From contig JAAELY010000266.1 in the NCBI GenBank assembly GCA_024226335.1, forward strand, positions 9,515 through 73,514: 64,000 nucleotides of DNA, read 5' to 3'. The stretch is from a bacterium (lineage in GTDB: Bacteria; Myxococcota_A; UBA9160; SZUA-336). Of this stretch, positions 1 through 9,961 are shown one piece after another. How positions within the stretch are numbered: position 1 is the first letter of the stretch; every line of letters starts with the position of its first letter. Position numbers and translations under genes: made by a program. Below the pieces are notes generated by a model, which was not told where the DNA came from, searched no databases, and was given only the letters and a program-made list of their open reading frames with translations.

Positions 1-1
1 C

Positions 2-1030
2 ACGGGCTTTACCCTCTGGCACACACCCATCCAGAGCCAGCGCGGAGCGATCACGCCCAATGGTCTGCATTTCGGCGTTCACCACAACGGCATCCCGGAC
101 ATCGATCCCGCGCGCCACGAACTCGTGATTCACGGTCTGGTGGAACGACCCCTGAAGTTCTCGATGGACGCGCTGGCCCGCTACCCGATGGTGTCGCGCA
201 TTCTGTTTCTGGAATGCTCGGGCAATACGGCGGCCAACGCTCTTTCCGTTTTCGAGCGCGACGACTCCTGCCAGGATCTCTTCGGTCAGGTTTCCGGTTC
301 CGAGTGGGTCGGGGTTCCGCTTCGACTTCTGCTCGAGGAAGCCGGCCTCAAACCCTCGGCAAAGTGGGCGATTGCGGAAGGAGCCGACGGCGGTTCGCAC
401 GCCCGGAGCATTCCCGTGTCCAAGCTCCTGGACGATGGGATGCTCGCCTTCTACCAGAACGGCGAACGCATCCGGGGCGCGCAGGGGTATCCGCTGCGTC
501 TGCTGCTGCCCGGCTGGGAAGGCAATACCAATGTGAAGTGGTTGCACCGGCTCGAACTCGCGGACGCCCCCGCCCACACCAAGGACGAGTCGGGGTTGTA
601 TACCGAGTTTCTCGCGAGTGGAGAGATTGCGCGTTTCTCCTTCCACATGGACGTGAAATCCGTCATCACCCATCCGTCCGGCAAACAGGTGTTGCCCGGG
701 CCGGGTTTCTACGAGATCTCGGGACTCGCGTGGTCGGGGCACGCAAAGGTGAGCCAGGTGGAAGTCTCGGCAGATGAAGGGCGAACCTGGGCGAAGGCCA
801 CATTGCAGGGGCCGGTACTCGACAAAGCGTTGACGCGCTTCTCGATCCCCTGGCGCTGGGACGGCAAGCCAACGGTCTTGTTGAGCCGGGCCAGCGACGA
901 ACGGGGCGTGCGCCAGCCCACCCGGGACGATTGGAAGTCGCGGTACGCCAATCACTCCTTCAACCACTACAACGCGGTCCAAGCCTGGCGGATCGGAGAG
1001 GAAGGACGGGTCGAGAATGTCTACGCGTAA
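2..1030 (+). CDS. soxC: SoxC/sulfite dehydrogenase-like molybdoenzyme (5' truncated by window edge)
   Basis: Frame open from base 2 (TPIQSQRGAITPNGLHFGVHHNGIPDIDP...); Mo-ligand FLECSGN, GYPLRLLLPGWEGNTNVKWL, C-terminal dimerisation domain ISGLAWSG; ends ENVYA like SoxC. Confidence 0.85.
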   Translation, partial: TGFTLWHTPIQSQRGAITPNGLHFGVHHNGIPDIDPARHELVIHGLVERPLKFSMDALARYPMVSRILFLECSGNTAANALSVFERDDSCQDLFGQVSGSEWVGVPLRLLLEEAGLKPSAKWAIAEGADGGSHARSIPVSKLLDDGMLAFYQNGERIRGAQGYPLRLLLPGWEGNTNVKWLHRLELADAPAHTKDESGLYTEFLASGEIARFSFHMDVKSVITHPSGKQVLPGPGFYEISGLAWSGHAKVSQVEVSADEGRTWAKATLQGPVLDKALTRFSIPWRWDGKPTVLLSRASDERGVRQPTRDDWKSRYANHSFNHYNAVQAWRIGEEGRVENVYA

Positions 1031-1601
1031 AGGCGCTTGCTTCGCTCTCCTGGCGTTGTTCTTGTCGACGCCCGTCTTTCCGGGTTTCGCCGAGGAATCG
1101 CGGAAACTCGAAGTGAATCTCGGCACCCCCGTGAGCGAAGCACAGCTTCGCGCACGTGCCATCACCATCTTTCCGGACGGACGCAATCTGCCGCCGGGCA
1201 GCGGTCGGGCACGCGAGGGGGCGGTGTTGTATCGGGGTCGTTGCCGCCTGTGCCACGGCGAAACGGGTACCGAGGGTCCGGCTTCGCGACTGGCGGGCTC
1301 CGACGGTTTTCTGAGTCTCCGCGATCCTCTGCGAGTTCTGCGAATCCAGAAGCATCCGCTCCTGGTGCTGTCGGTAGGTGCCCAGTGGCCCTACGCGACG
1401 TCGATCTTTGACTACGTGCGCAGGGCGATGCCCCACAACGCACCCAAGAGCCTCAGTCACGACGAGGTCTACGCCCTGACCGCGTACATCCTGTACCTCA
1501 ACGGTCTGGTCGAGGAGCAGACCGTCGTCGACAAGCAGACTCTTCCCCGAGTCCAGATGCCCGGACTCGCACGCAGCGTCGATCTCTGGCGGGGCCCGTA
1601 G
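1017..1601 (+). CDS. SoxD/SorB-like monoheme cytochrome c
   Basis: Signal peptide, PDGRNLPPGSG, CRLCH heme motif, WPYATSIFDYVRRAMP; overlaps the soxC-like stop. Confidence 0.85.
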   Translation: MSTRKGACFALLALFLSTPVFPGFAEESRKLEVNLGTPVSEAQLRARAITIFPDGRNLPPGSGRAREGAVLYRGRCRLCHGETGTEGPASRLAGSDGFLSLRDPLRVLRIQKHPLLVLSVGAQWPYATSIFDYVRRAMPHNAPKSLSHDEVYALTAYILYLNGLVEEQTVVDKQTLPRVQMPGLARSVDLWRGP

Positions 1602-1616
1602 AGCGCTGTCCCGGCT

Positions 1617-2480
1617 CTATTCCGCTTCACGCCCCTCGACCCACCAGCCGAGTTTCATCTCGCCGGTGAGCATTGCCTGCCATTCGTCATCGCTCATCTG
1701 GCGGCGAGCCGCAGCGAATCCCGGGCCCAGTTCACCGGGCCACCAGCGGAGCCGGGGCTGCGCCGTGGTCGCGGCTTCCAGGATGGTGTTGGCCACGAGT
1801 TCCGGATCCTCGCCGGAATTCTCACCTTCGGTCGTCGATGCCGCGATCTGTTCGTTGAAGGCATCGTACGGGGTGCCCTTCTGATACTGCCCTTCCATTT
1901 CCGTGTTCGCGCTCATGCCGGTGTCGAAGAAGGCCGGGGCGATGATGCTGATATCGATTCCGAAGCGCTTGACCTCGTACGAAAGGCCCTCGGCCATGCC
2001 TTCGAGAGCGAACTTGCTGGCCGAGTAGGCCGTCTCCCCGGGCAGACCGATGCAACCGGCCAGCGAGGTCACGAAGAGGATGCGCCCGGTCCCCTGCGCA
2101 CGCATCGCGGGCAGGACCGCGCGCGTGGCATCGACCGATCCGAAGAAGTTGGTCTCGAAGACGGCCCGGTACTTTTCGTCTGACACCGTCTCGAGTGCCC
2201 CGAACCCACCGATCGCCGCGTTGTTGACCAGCACGTCCACGCGCCCCGATCGCTCGAGCACTTCGGCGACGGCCCGGCGATTGGACTCCGGGTCGGTCAC
2301 GTCCTGTTCGATTGCGAAAAGCTTCAGGCCCTGTGCGGCGCATTGCTTTTCCAGCGACTCGCCGCGTTCGGATCGGCGCATCGTCACGTAGACTTCGCAA
2401 CCCGCCTTCGCGAAGGCCAGACCGGTTCGCTGACCGAAACCGCTGGCCCGGCTGCAACCCGTGATCATTACGACGGACAT
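1617..2480 (-). CDS. Short-chain dehydrogenase/reductase
   Basis: ITGCSRASGFG, NNAAIG, YSASK catalytic motif; GAGGAGG RBS. Confidence 0.9.
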   Translation of the reverse strand: MSVVMITGCSRASGFGQRTGLAFAKAGCEVYVTMRRSERGESLEKQCAAQGLKLFAIEQDVTDPESNRRAVAEVLERSGRVDVLVNNAAIGGFGALETVSDEKYRAVFETNFFGSVDATRAVLPAMRAQGTGRILFVTSLAGCIGLPGETAYSASKFALEGMAEGLSYEVKRFGIDISIIAPAFFDTGMSANTEMEGQYQKGTPYDAFNEQIAASTTEGENSGEDPELVANTILEAATTAQPRLRWWPGELGPGFAAARRQMSDDEWQAMLTGEMKLGWWVEGREAE

Positions 2481-2509
2481 CAGGTCTCCTCCTCAGATAG
2501 CTGAAAGAA

Positions 2510-3670
2510 CTAGGGTTTTTCGATCTGATCGAGAAGCCAGTTGTGCATCTGCCAGAGTTGAGTCTCCAGGTGCGAGACGCGTCCGGGTTTTGCCAGGCGC
2601 GATTGCGCACCGGCCCAGCAGTAGCGGCCTCCGGCCATGTCTTGCTGGTGGACTGCGTCGAGCAGTGCTCGGATATCCTCGCCGACCTTCTCCGGATCGG
2701 GATGCTGATCGATGTTGGGGTGAACCAGCGGGATGTAGCGCAATCGATGGTGATCGTGGGAATCCGGAATCAACTGCAGGTAGGCCGTGTATCCAGGCAC
2801 CATGAAGAACATCGTGTACGGGAAGATCGTCACGAGCTTCAGCGAGTAGAGTTCGCGTTCGGAAAGTCCCGCGGGCGGCGGATAATCGCCGGGGATTGGA
2901 CTGCGGTCCTTGGTCGGATTCCAGTACAGGGAGTAGGGGCCGCGAGGGGGCTCGATCTCTGACATCGCACCCGGCATGAGATCTTCGATGATGTCCTGGT
3001 GCAATCCGATGTGGTGGTACGACTCGGAACCGGCTTCCACGCTCATCTTCCAGTTCCAGTCACAGTCGTAGTCGATCGGTTCCAGCATGCGCAGCCGCTC
3101 GAGTTCATATCCCTCGACCTCGGGGACCAGGGGGGCCAGTTGTGGGGCGAGGGGGGCCGCGTTGGTGTCCAGGTTCACGAAGATGAAGCCGCCCCAGAGT
3201 TCGGCGGGGAACTGAGGCAGGCTCCAGCGCTTCTTGTCGAAGTCCTGCGCCTGCTCCATGCCCGGTGCGCCTAGCATCTTGCCTTCCAGGTCGAACGACC
3301 ACAGGTGGAACGGGCACTGGAACGAATTGCGGTTGCCGCACGACTGGCTCTTGAAGGGAAACGTCGACTCTTCGTCGTGCCCGACCAGCAGCATCCAGCG
3401 ATGCGGGCAGATATTGGACAGTGCCCGGATCGTTCCACCCTGGTCGTGGACCAGGATCAGCGGTTCGCCGAAAAGGTCGATGTTGAAGTAGTCCCCGGGG
3501 TTCGCGATCTGCTCGGCGCGTCCCACCGCCAGCCAGCTGCGCCGGAACATGCGCTCCTTCTCGAGTTCGTAGAAATCGGGATCCGTGTAGCAACGAGCCG
3601 GTAGCAGCGAAGCGCGCTCGGGCTGTTCGCGGACTGCGGCGATTTCGGCGGCCGTCAGGATCTCACTCAT
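2510..3670 (-). CDS. Rieske non-heme iron oxygenase alpha subunit (choline monooxygenase-like group)
   Basis: CPH...CPFH Rieske motif, ESYHHIGLH and QQD mononuclear Fe ligands; start set at MSEIL (3670) after AAGGGAGA RBS. Confidence 0.9.
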   Translation of the reverse strand: MSEILTAAEIAAVREQPERASLLPARCYTDPDFYELEKERMFRRSWLAVGRAEQIANPGDYFNIDLFGEPLILVHDQGGTIRALSNICPHRWMLLVGHDEESTFPFKSQSCGNRNSFQCPFHLWSFDLEGKMLGAPGMEQAQDFDKKRWSLPQFPAELWGGFIFVNLDTNAAPLAPQLAPLVPEVEGYELERLRMLEPIDYDCDWNWKMSVEAGSESYHHIGLHQDIIEDLMPGAMSEIEPPRGPYSLYWNPTKDRSPIPGDYPPPAGLSERELYSLKLVTIFPYTMFFMVPGYTAYLQLIPDSHDHHRLRYIPLVHPNIDQHPDPEKVGEDIRALLDAVHQQDMAGGRYCWAGAQSRLAKPGRVSHLETQLWQMHNWLLDQIEKP

Positions 3671-3754
3671 GGCTTCTCCCTTGCTGTTCGAGGTAGGAGT
3701 CTGGGCTTCAGCTTCAGGATGAACGGAACGGGAGCGCGCGACCATGGGAGAACC

Positions 3755-3783
3755 GGACAGTTAATGGTCATTTTCGGCCAGTT
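3755..3783. promoter_or_regulatory. Candidate AraC-family operator (direct repeat)
   Basis: GGACAGTT (3755) and GGCCAGTT (3776) 21 bp apart, between the divergent Rieske and AraC genes. Confidence 0.45.
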
Positions 3784-3799
3784 CTGATATCGTGATCCC

Positions 3800-4813
3800 G
3801 TGGATCCGTTGATCGTGCCTATCGTCTACGCGGCCGAACTCGTCACCCTGCTCGAGGAAGAGGGGTTTTCCGAAGCAGATGTCTTGAGGCGGACGGGAAT
3901 CTCGCGAAGTCAGCTTCGCGATCCGGACGAGTTCATCAGCCATCCCCAACAGGTCCGCCTCTACGAGAACGCACTCGCCCTGTCCCCGGAGCCGGGTCTA
4001 GGTTTTCGACTCGCGGCTCGCTTCACGCCGGGCCACCACGGGGTGCTCGGGCACGCCGCTCTGTGTGCGCGGACTGTGCGCGAAGAGTTTCGGCTCATGC
4101 TGCGCTACACGCCGATCCGCGGTTTCCTGCTCGACCTCGGTCTCTCCGAGCGGGACGGGATCGCAATACTGACGGCCCGCGACATCCTGCCGCTCGGTCC
4201 GGTCCACGTGGTTGCGGTCGAAGAACTGCTGGGAATGCTCGCCAATCCGCTGCCCCTTTGGAAACAGGGACTTCATCCGACGGAAATCCTGCTCGACTAT
4301 CCGGCCCCCGCGCATCGCGCGCAGTACGAGAAGCTCTACGACTGTGCGATTCGCTTCGCGTGCGACGAAGTCGAGTTTCGCTTCCCCAGTGAAGATCTCG
4401 AGATTCCGTCCGAAATGCCCAACGCGGAGATGCTGCGAATCTGCGAGGAACGCTGCCAGGCGATCCTGGAGCGTCTGGGATCCGGAGGACGTATCGTCGA
4501 AAGCGTGCGCAGTCACCTCGTGGCTGCGCGGGACGGCTTCAGGCTCGAAACCGTGGCCGCGCGGATGACCATGAGCCCGAGGACCCTACGCCGCAGATTG
4601 CGCGAAGAGGGTACGAGCTTTCGCGGTGTCGTAGGGGATGTTCGCAAGAGTCTGGCGCTCGACTACCTGGAGTCATCCGATCTCCCGCTCGAAGAGATCG
4701 CCGGCCTGCTCGGCTACGAGGACGCGGCCAATTTCAATCGCGCCTTCCGCACGTGGGTAGGCGACTCTCCCGGTCGCTACCGCGACAAACTCAGGGCAGG
4801 GCACGCGTCCTGA
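3800..4813 (+). CDS. AraC-family transcriptional regulator
   Basis: N-terminal ligand-binding domain plus C-terminal MSPRTLRRRL...IAGLLGYEDAANFNRAFRTWVGDSPG. Confidence 0.92.
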   Translation: MDPLIVPIVYAAELVTLLEEEGFSEADVLRRTGISRSQLRDPDEFISHPQQVRLYENALALSPEPGLGFRLAARFTPGHHGVLGHAALCARTVREEFRLMLRYTPIRGFLLDLGLSERDGIAILTARDILPLGPVHVVAVEELLGMLANPLPLWKQGLHPTEILLDYPAPAHRAQYEKLYDCAIRFACDEVEFRFPSEDLEIPSEMPNAEMLRICEERCQAILERLGSGGRIVESVRSHLVAARDGFRLETVAARMTMSPRTLRRRLREEGTSFRGVVGDVRKSLALDYLESSDLPLEEIAGLLGYEDAANFNRAFRTWVGDSPGRYRDKLRAGHAS

Positions 4814-4961
4814 TTCATGTCTCGCGGCGCTTCTGCGTAGGCGTGGACGACCCGCCGAGTGTGAAGTCGGTATGCTGCCACTCGCGAATCGGCCGATCTG
4901 GCCCTCAGAAATGTGTCGCACGTGATTGGTACTATTCCGGTCGCTCTTGAAGGAGAACCCA

Positions 4962-6191
4962 ATGGTCGACGTCGATATCGCCTATCTCGACTCCCGCAAC
5001 TGGGAGGAGGCGCCCATGCTCGAGCGCTTTCGCTGGCTTCGCGAGCACGAACCCGTGCGCTGGTCCGAAAAGGACGGCCTGTGGATCATCACCCGCTACG
5101 CCGATGTTTCGGCCATCTCCAAGGACCAGAAGACCTTCACTTCGGGTCTGGGTGTGCGGCCGGGAAACGACATCAAGCTAGGTCTGATCGACGAGGAGGA
5201 ACCGCGGCACGGCCAATTGCGGGGGCTGATCAAGAAAGGTTTCACCCCGAACATGGTGAAGGTCCTGGAGAAGGCTTTCCTGAAGATTACGGACAAGGCC
5301 ATCGATGCGGTGGCGACCAACTCCGAGTGCGACTTCGTTGAGAGTATCTCGGTACCTCTGCCTTTGCTCTTGATTGCCGGGATGATCGGAATCCGCGAGC
5401 AGGACCACGACAAGTTCCATCACTGGTCCGACTCCATGATTGCCGCCGAGGGTAATATGGAGGATCCGGAGATCGTGGCCCGTGCCGGCCAGTCGTATCT
5501 GGAGTACGCGAACTACGTCACGCCGATCATCGAGGAGCGGCGCGCGAATCCACAGGAAGACCTGGTCAGCATTCTCGCTGGTGCAAAGGACTCGGGTCTG
5601 CTCAAGGAATACGACGAATCGGGGATCGCAGCCAGCGCGATAGCCGATCGGGAGTTGCAGAACGACGAGTTGATCAAGCTGATGGTGATCCTGATGGTCG
5701 CCGGCAACGAGACCACCCGCAACGGCATCTCCGGTGGGATGCAATTGCTGATCGAGAACCCCGCGGCCCGTCAGCGCCTGGTCGATGATCCGTCACTGAT
5801 TCCGGTCGCGGTCGAAGAGATGGTTCGCGTGACCACTCCCGTGCGCTCCTTTGGCCGAACCGCCACGTGCGACGCAGAGGTCGGTGGAAAGAAGATCGCA
5901 GCCGGTCAGAAGGTGTTGATCATCTACACCTCCGCCAATCGCGACGAGCGGGAGTTCGAGGATCCCGACCGCTTCGATATCGACCGAAACCCCCACCACC
6001 TGGGATTCGGCATCGGCAATCACTTCTGCCTGGGTGCGAATCTGGCCCGCATGGAGATGCGCGTCGCCTTCGAGCGGGTTCTGAGTCGACTGCCGAATAT
6101 GGAGTATTCGGCAGGTGGACCCGTGCTCCAGCCCTCTGCTCTGGTTCGGACCTGTGCCGAGATGAAGGTTCGCTATACCCCGGAAGCCTGA
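4962..6191 (+). CDS. Cytochrome P450
   Basis: AGNETT I-helix, EEMVR, FGIGNHFCLGA heme Cys motif; ATG 4962 after AAGGAG. Confidence 0.95.
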   Translation: MVDVDIAYLDSRNWEEAPMLERFRWLREHEPVRWSEKDGLWIITRYADVSAISKDQKTFTSGLGVRPGNDIKLGLIDEEEPRHGQLRGLIKKGFTPNMVKVLEKAFLKITDKAIDAVATNSECDFVESISVPLPLLLIAGMIGIREQDHDKFHHWSDSMIAAEGNMEDPEIVARAGQSYLEYANYVTPIIEERRANPQEDLVSILAGAKDSGLLKEYDESGIAASAIADRELQNDELIKLMVILMVAGNETTRNGISGGMQLLIENPAARQRLVDDPSLIPVAVEEMVRVTTPVRSFGRTATCDAEVGGKKIAAGQKVLIIYTSANRDEREFEDPDRFDIDRNPHHLGFGIGNHFCLGANLARMEMRVAFERVLSRLPNMEYSAGGPVLQPSALVRTCAEMKVRYTPEA

Positions 6192-6227
6192 AAACTCGGG
6201 CCTGCCCCCCGCGTGTTTTCCGACCGA

Positions 6228-7424
6228 TTATGCGTACTGCTTCAGTTCTCTGCGGGCGATGACCATCTTGTGGACTTCGTCCGGGCCGTCTGCGATGCGC
6301 AGTGAGCGGCCCTGGCGCCACATTGCGGCGACGGGAGTGTCGTCGGAAACGCCCAGCGCACCCATGGTCTGAATCGCACGGTCGCACACGTTCTGGAACA
6401 GGTTCGCCGCCACGACCTTGATCATCGAGATCTCCTGGCGAGCTTCCTTTTTCCCGACGGTGTCCATCTTCCAGGCCGCATGCATCGTGAGCAGGCGCGC
6501 CTGTTCGATTTCCATCTTCGAGGTTGCGATGAATTCCTGAACGAACTGCTGGTGGCCGAGCGGCTCGCCGCGCAGCTTTCGGTTTGCCGCATAGTGAACC
6601 ATGATTTCATGGGCTCGCTGTGCACCACCGATGCAGCGCATGCAGTGGTGAATGCGGCCCGGTCCGAGTCGTGCCTGTGCGATCGCGAAGCCCGACCCTT
6701 CCGGTCCGAGGCAGTTCTCGACCGGTACGCGACAGTCCTCGTAGCGGATCTCGCAATGTCCACCGCCGCCCGCGTGACCCATGACCGACACCGAACGCAG
6801 GATATTGAAACCGGGAGTGTCGGTAGGCACCAGAATCTGGCTGGCGCGCTGATGCGGCGGAGCGCTGGGATCGGTGACCGCCATGACGATCGCGAATTTC
6901 GATCCGATCGCTCCCGATGTGAACCACTTATGACCGTTGATCACGTACTCGTTGCCGTCGCGCTTCGCCAGGGTCTGCAGCTGCGTCGGATCGGCGCTCG
7001 AAACCTCGGGCTCGGTCATGGAGAAGCAGCTGCGGGTCTCGCCATCCAGTAGCGGTTGCAGGTATTCCTTCTTCTGCTGTTCATTTCCGAATTCGGCGAG
7101 GATCTCCATATTGCCGGTGTCGGGGGCTGCGCAATTGAACACGCGCGATGCGATGCCCGAACGTCCCATGAGTTCACAAAGCGGCGCGTACTCCAGGTTC
7201 GTCAGTCCTGCTCCGTATGTCTCGTCGGGCAGGAACAGATTCCACAGTCCGAGCCCGCGGGCCTTGGCCTGTAGTTCCTTTACGATCGTGGGCTGGTGAT
7301 GGGGATCCCCCGAAGCTTCGATCTGCTCTTGCGCAACCGACTCCGCCGGATAGACGAATTCGCCCATGAAGCGCTCGACCTGGTCGTAGAGCAGGCGGGT
7401 CTTGTCGCTGAGTTCGAAATCCAT
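6228..7424 (-). CDS. Acyl-CoA dehydrogenase
   Basis: FSMTEP, GHKWFTSG, RLGPGRIHHCMR, RIADGPDEVH. Confidence 0.95.
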   Translation of the reverse strand: MDFELSDKTRLLYDQVERFMGEFVYPAESVAQEQIEASGDPHHQPTIVKELQAKARGLGLWNLFLPDETYGAGLTNLEYAPLCELMGRSGIASRVFNCAAPDTGNMEILAEFGNEQQKKEYLQPLLDGETRSCFSMTEPEVSSADPTQLQTLAKRDGNEYVINGHKWFTSGAIGSKFAIVMAVTDPSAPPHQRASQILVPTDTPGFNILRSVSVMGHAGGGGHCEIRYEDCRVPVENCLGPEGSGFAIAQARLGPGRIHHCMRCIGGAQRAHEIMVHYAANRKLRGEPLGHQQFVQEFIATSKMEIEQARLLTMHAAWKMDTVGKKEARQEISMIKVVAANLFQNVCDRAIQTMGALGVSDDTPVAAMWRQGRSLRIADGPDEVHKMVIARRELKQYA

Positions 7425-7499
7425 CGCTTGTCTCCTACGGCTCGAATATCGAGCCTGTCGATCCCTCTTTCGTCACGGATCTTCTGCCGGGTCTCTCTC

Positions 7500-9326
7500 T
7501 TAGTTGAGTTCGAGACCTTTCAGTCCACCGTCGGCGCGCCAGTCGTCCCAGAGCTTGATGAATGCGACTGAGCCGCCCCCGTAAAATCCGTCCTGAGCGC
7601 TTCGGTCGGTGGGCTTGCCTTCGTTGTTGTAGTACCCGGGAGTGCAGTTCAGCAGGAATTCATTGCCGAGGCGCGAGAGGCTGATGATGGTCTCGATCCA
7701 CTCGTTCTCGGCTTCTTTCGACGCCTCGACCGTGCGCACCTTATTGTCCACACCGTTCTTGATGATGTAGGCGATGTGCTTGGCTTGCTCGTTGAGCATA
7801 TGGGGATAGCTCGGAGTGAATCCGGATTGCGCATTGCTCATGATGAAGCAATTCGGAAAACCGTTGACATGCATGCCGTGGAGCGAGCGCACGCCATCCG
7901 CCCACGTGTCTGACAAGCTCTGACCTTCTCGTCCGTAGATATCGTATCCGGCTCGTCGGGTGTAGGAGGTTCCGACCTCGAAGCCGCTGGCGTAGATCAG
8001 GCAGTCCAGTTCGATCTCCTGACCATTGACCACGACACCCTTTTCAGTGACGCGTTCTACGCCCTGGCCCTTGGTGTCCACGAGTGTGACGTTGGGCCGG
8101 TTGAACGTGGGCAGGTACTCATTGTGGAAGCAGGGGCGCTTGCAGAACTGGCGGTAGTAGGGTTTGAGGGCTTCCGCCGTTTCCTCGTCACCGACCACGG
8201 AATCCACGCGAGCTCGGATCTGCTCCATCTTTTCGAAGTCCGCCAGTTCCATGCTCTCGAGCAGGGCCGCAGGCGAGACATCGGGGTTTTCCTGGGCCTG
8301 GAAGTTGACCAGTAGCTTGCGGATGATCTCGGTCCAGCCGTCGTTGACCAGATCCTCGTCCTGGAAACCACCCGATACGAGGATGTTGAAGTTGTCCATG
8401 CGCTGCTGGTGCCAGCCATCCTCCAGAGTCTTGGCCCATTCCTTATCGGTGGGATCGTTTTGCTTGACGTCGATCGACGAAGGCGTGCGCTGGAAGACGT
8501 AGAGGTGCTCTGCCGTTTCGCCCACGTGCGGAATGCATTGCACCGCCGTGGCGCCTGTACCGAGGATGCCGACGCGCTTACCGTCCAGTCCCGTCAGGCC
8601 TCCATCGGAATTGCCGCCGGTGTAATCGTAGTCCCAGCGACAAGCATGGAAGGCGTGTCCCTTGAAATCCTCGATCCCGGCGATCCCGGGAAGCTTTGGC
8701 TGGTTGAGCGGACCGAGCGCCATGGCCACGTAGTGAGCCTTCATGCGATCGCCGCGGTTCGTCGAGATGATCCAGCGAGCGCTCTCATCATCCCAGCGCA
8801 GTTCGGTGACCTTGGTCTGGAAACAGACGTCCCGGTACAGATCGTATTTCCGCCCGATCCGCTGGCTGTGTTCCAGGATCTCCGCGCCGGTCACGTACTT
8901 TTGCTTGGGCATATAGCCGGTCTCTTCGAGCAAAGGCAGATAGATATAGGACTCGATGTCACAGGCCACGCCCGGGTAGCGGTTCCAGTACCAGGTGCCG
9001 CCGAAGTCGCTTGCGCTGTCGATGATCCGCACGTCTTCGATCCCGGACTCACGCAAACGCGCTGCGGTCAGAAGTCCGCCGAACCCGCCCCCGATCACCA
9101 CGACCTCGACCTCGTCCGTCAGCGGTTCGCGGCTGAAGCCCGGCTCGACATAGGGGTCGTCCAGGAAATGCGAAAACGTGCCTTTGATTTCGAGATATTG
9201 GTCGTTGCCATCGCCGCGGATGCGTTTGTCCCGCTCCGAGCGGTACTTTTCGCGCAAGGTATTCGGGTCGAATCCTGGGTTTCCCGAGTCCGTAGTCGCC
9301 TGGGTCGAATCGTTTTCGGTCGTCAT
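7500..9326 (-). CDS. Baeyer-Villiger type flavoprotein monooxygenase
   Basis: GGGFGG, GGTWYWNRYPG, BVMO fingerprint FKGHAFHACRWD, GTGATA. Confidence 0.93.
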   Translation of the reverse strand: MTTENDSTQATTDSGNPGFDPNTLREKYRSERDKRIRGDGNDQYLEIKGTFSHFLDDPYVEPGFSREPLTDEVEVVVIGGGFGGLLTAARLRESGIEDVRIIDSASDFGGTWYWNRYPGVACDIESYIYLPLLEETGYMPKQKYVTGAEILEHSQRIGRKYDLYRDVCFQTKVTELRWDDESARWIISTNRGDRMKAHYVAMALGPLNQPKLPGIAGIEDFKGHAFHACRWDYDYTGGNSDGGLTGLDGKRVGILGTGATAVQCIPHVGETAEHLYVFQRTPSSIDVKQNDPTDKEWAKTLEDGWHQQRMDNFNILVSGGFQDEDLVNDGWTEIIRKLLVNFQAQENPDVSPAALLESMELADFEKMEQIRARVDSVVGDEETAEALKPYYRQFCKRPCFHNEYLPTFNRPNVTLVDTKGQGVERVTEKGVVVNGQEIELDCLIYASGFEVGTSYTRRAGYDIYGREGQSLSDTWADGVRSLHGMHVNGFPNCFIMSNAQSGFTPSYPHMLNEQAKHIAYIIKNGVDNKVRTVEASKEAENEWIETIISLSRLGNEFLLNCTPGYYNNEGKPTDRSAQDGFYGGGSVAFIKLWDDWRADGGLKGLELN

Positions 9327-9455
9327 GGGTCCTGCCTGATCGTGGTTGGCGTCTGGCTACACGATACCACCGAATGGAGGGTCCGTGCTGTGCGGGAAAT
9401 CCGCCCTGGGGCCGTTGGAGAGATCAAGGGATCTTCATGCCAGCTATCCAGCGCG

Positions 9456-9496
9456 CCCCGATCCAAGGACCCCGATCCAAGGACCCCGAGCCAGGA
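9456..9496. repeat. 14-bp tandem repeat (2 perfect copies plus 1 degenerate)
   Basis: CCCCGATCCAAGGA at 9456 and 9470, then CCCCGAGCCAGGA at 9484; in a divergent intergenic region. Confidence 0.85.
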
Positions 9497-9577
9497 GTTC
9501 AGGATTCATTTCCCCAAAACCAGACGCCCGGGCTAAGCTGCCCGCAAGAAGTCCAAATTCGGACTCGGGAGACGGAG

Positions 9578-9961
9578 TTGGAGACGCGACCCTATTTCGT
9601 GCTGGGCGATCTCGCCGCGAACATCGCGGCGGGTGTCATCATTGGGCTGATCTCGGCGCTGTTATTTGGGCCGGGCTGGAACATGTTACTGGCCATGTTC
9701 GTGGGAATGGCGCTCGGCATGGTGATTTCACTGCCGATCGCTCTGGGCTCTGGGGCGTTGTTTGGTGCCATGGAAGTGATGCTTCCGGTGATGACGACCG
9801 GCATGGTCGTCGGAATGGTGGTTCCGATGGCCGCGGCGATGGCCGAGGTAAGCTTCGCCTGGGCTGTCCGCGTGGGGGCGTGCTGCGGCGTTGGCGTAGT
9901 GATCGCGACCTATGTCGCCAATAGCCTGATCAAGCGGAGGACAGAGCGATGGACGACGTAA
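9578..9961 (+). CDS. Small Met/Gly-rich membrane protein (about 4 TM)
   Basis: TTG start after GGGAGACGGAG; hydrophobic stretches; overlaps the methyltransferase start. Confidence 0.7.
   Translation: METRPYFVLGDLAANIAAGVIIGLISALLFGPGWNMLLAMFVGMALGMVISLPIALGSGALFGAMEVMLPVMTTGMVVGMVVPMAAAMAEVSFAWAVRVGACCGVGVVIATYVANSLIKRRTERWTT

Noticed and set aside
9456..9496. Repeat as a CRISPR array
   Set aside because: Units are 14 bp, adjacent with no spacers, and no cas genes are present
8409..9536. Long antisense ORFs (also 16500-17951, 27132-28607, 30232-31470, 52889-54208, 55798-56868)
   Set aside because: Typical stop-poor shadow frames opposite well-supported genes in high-GC DNA; no motifs
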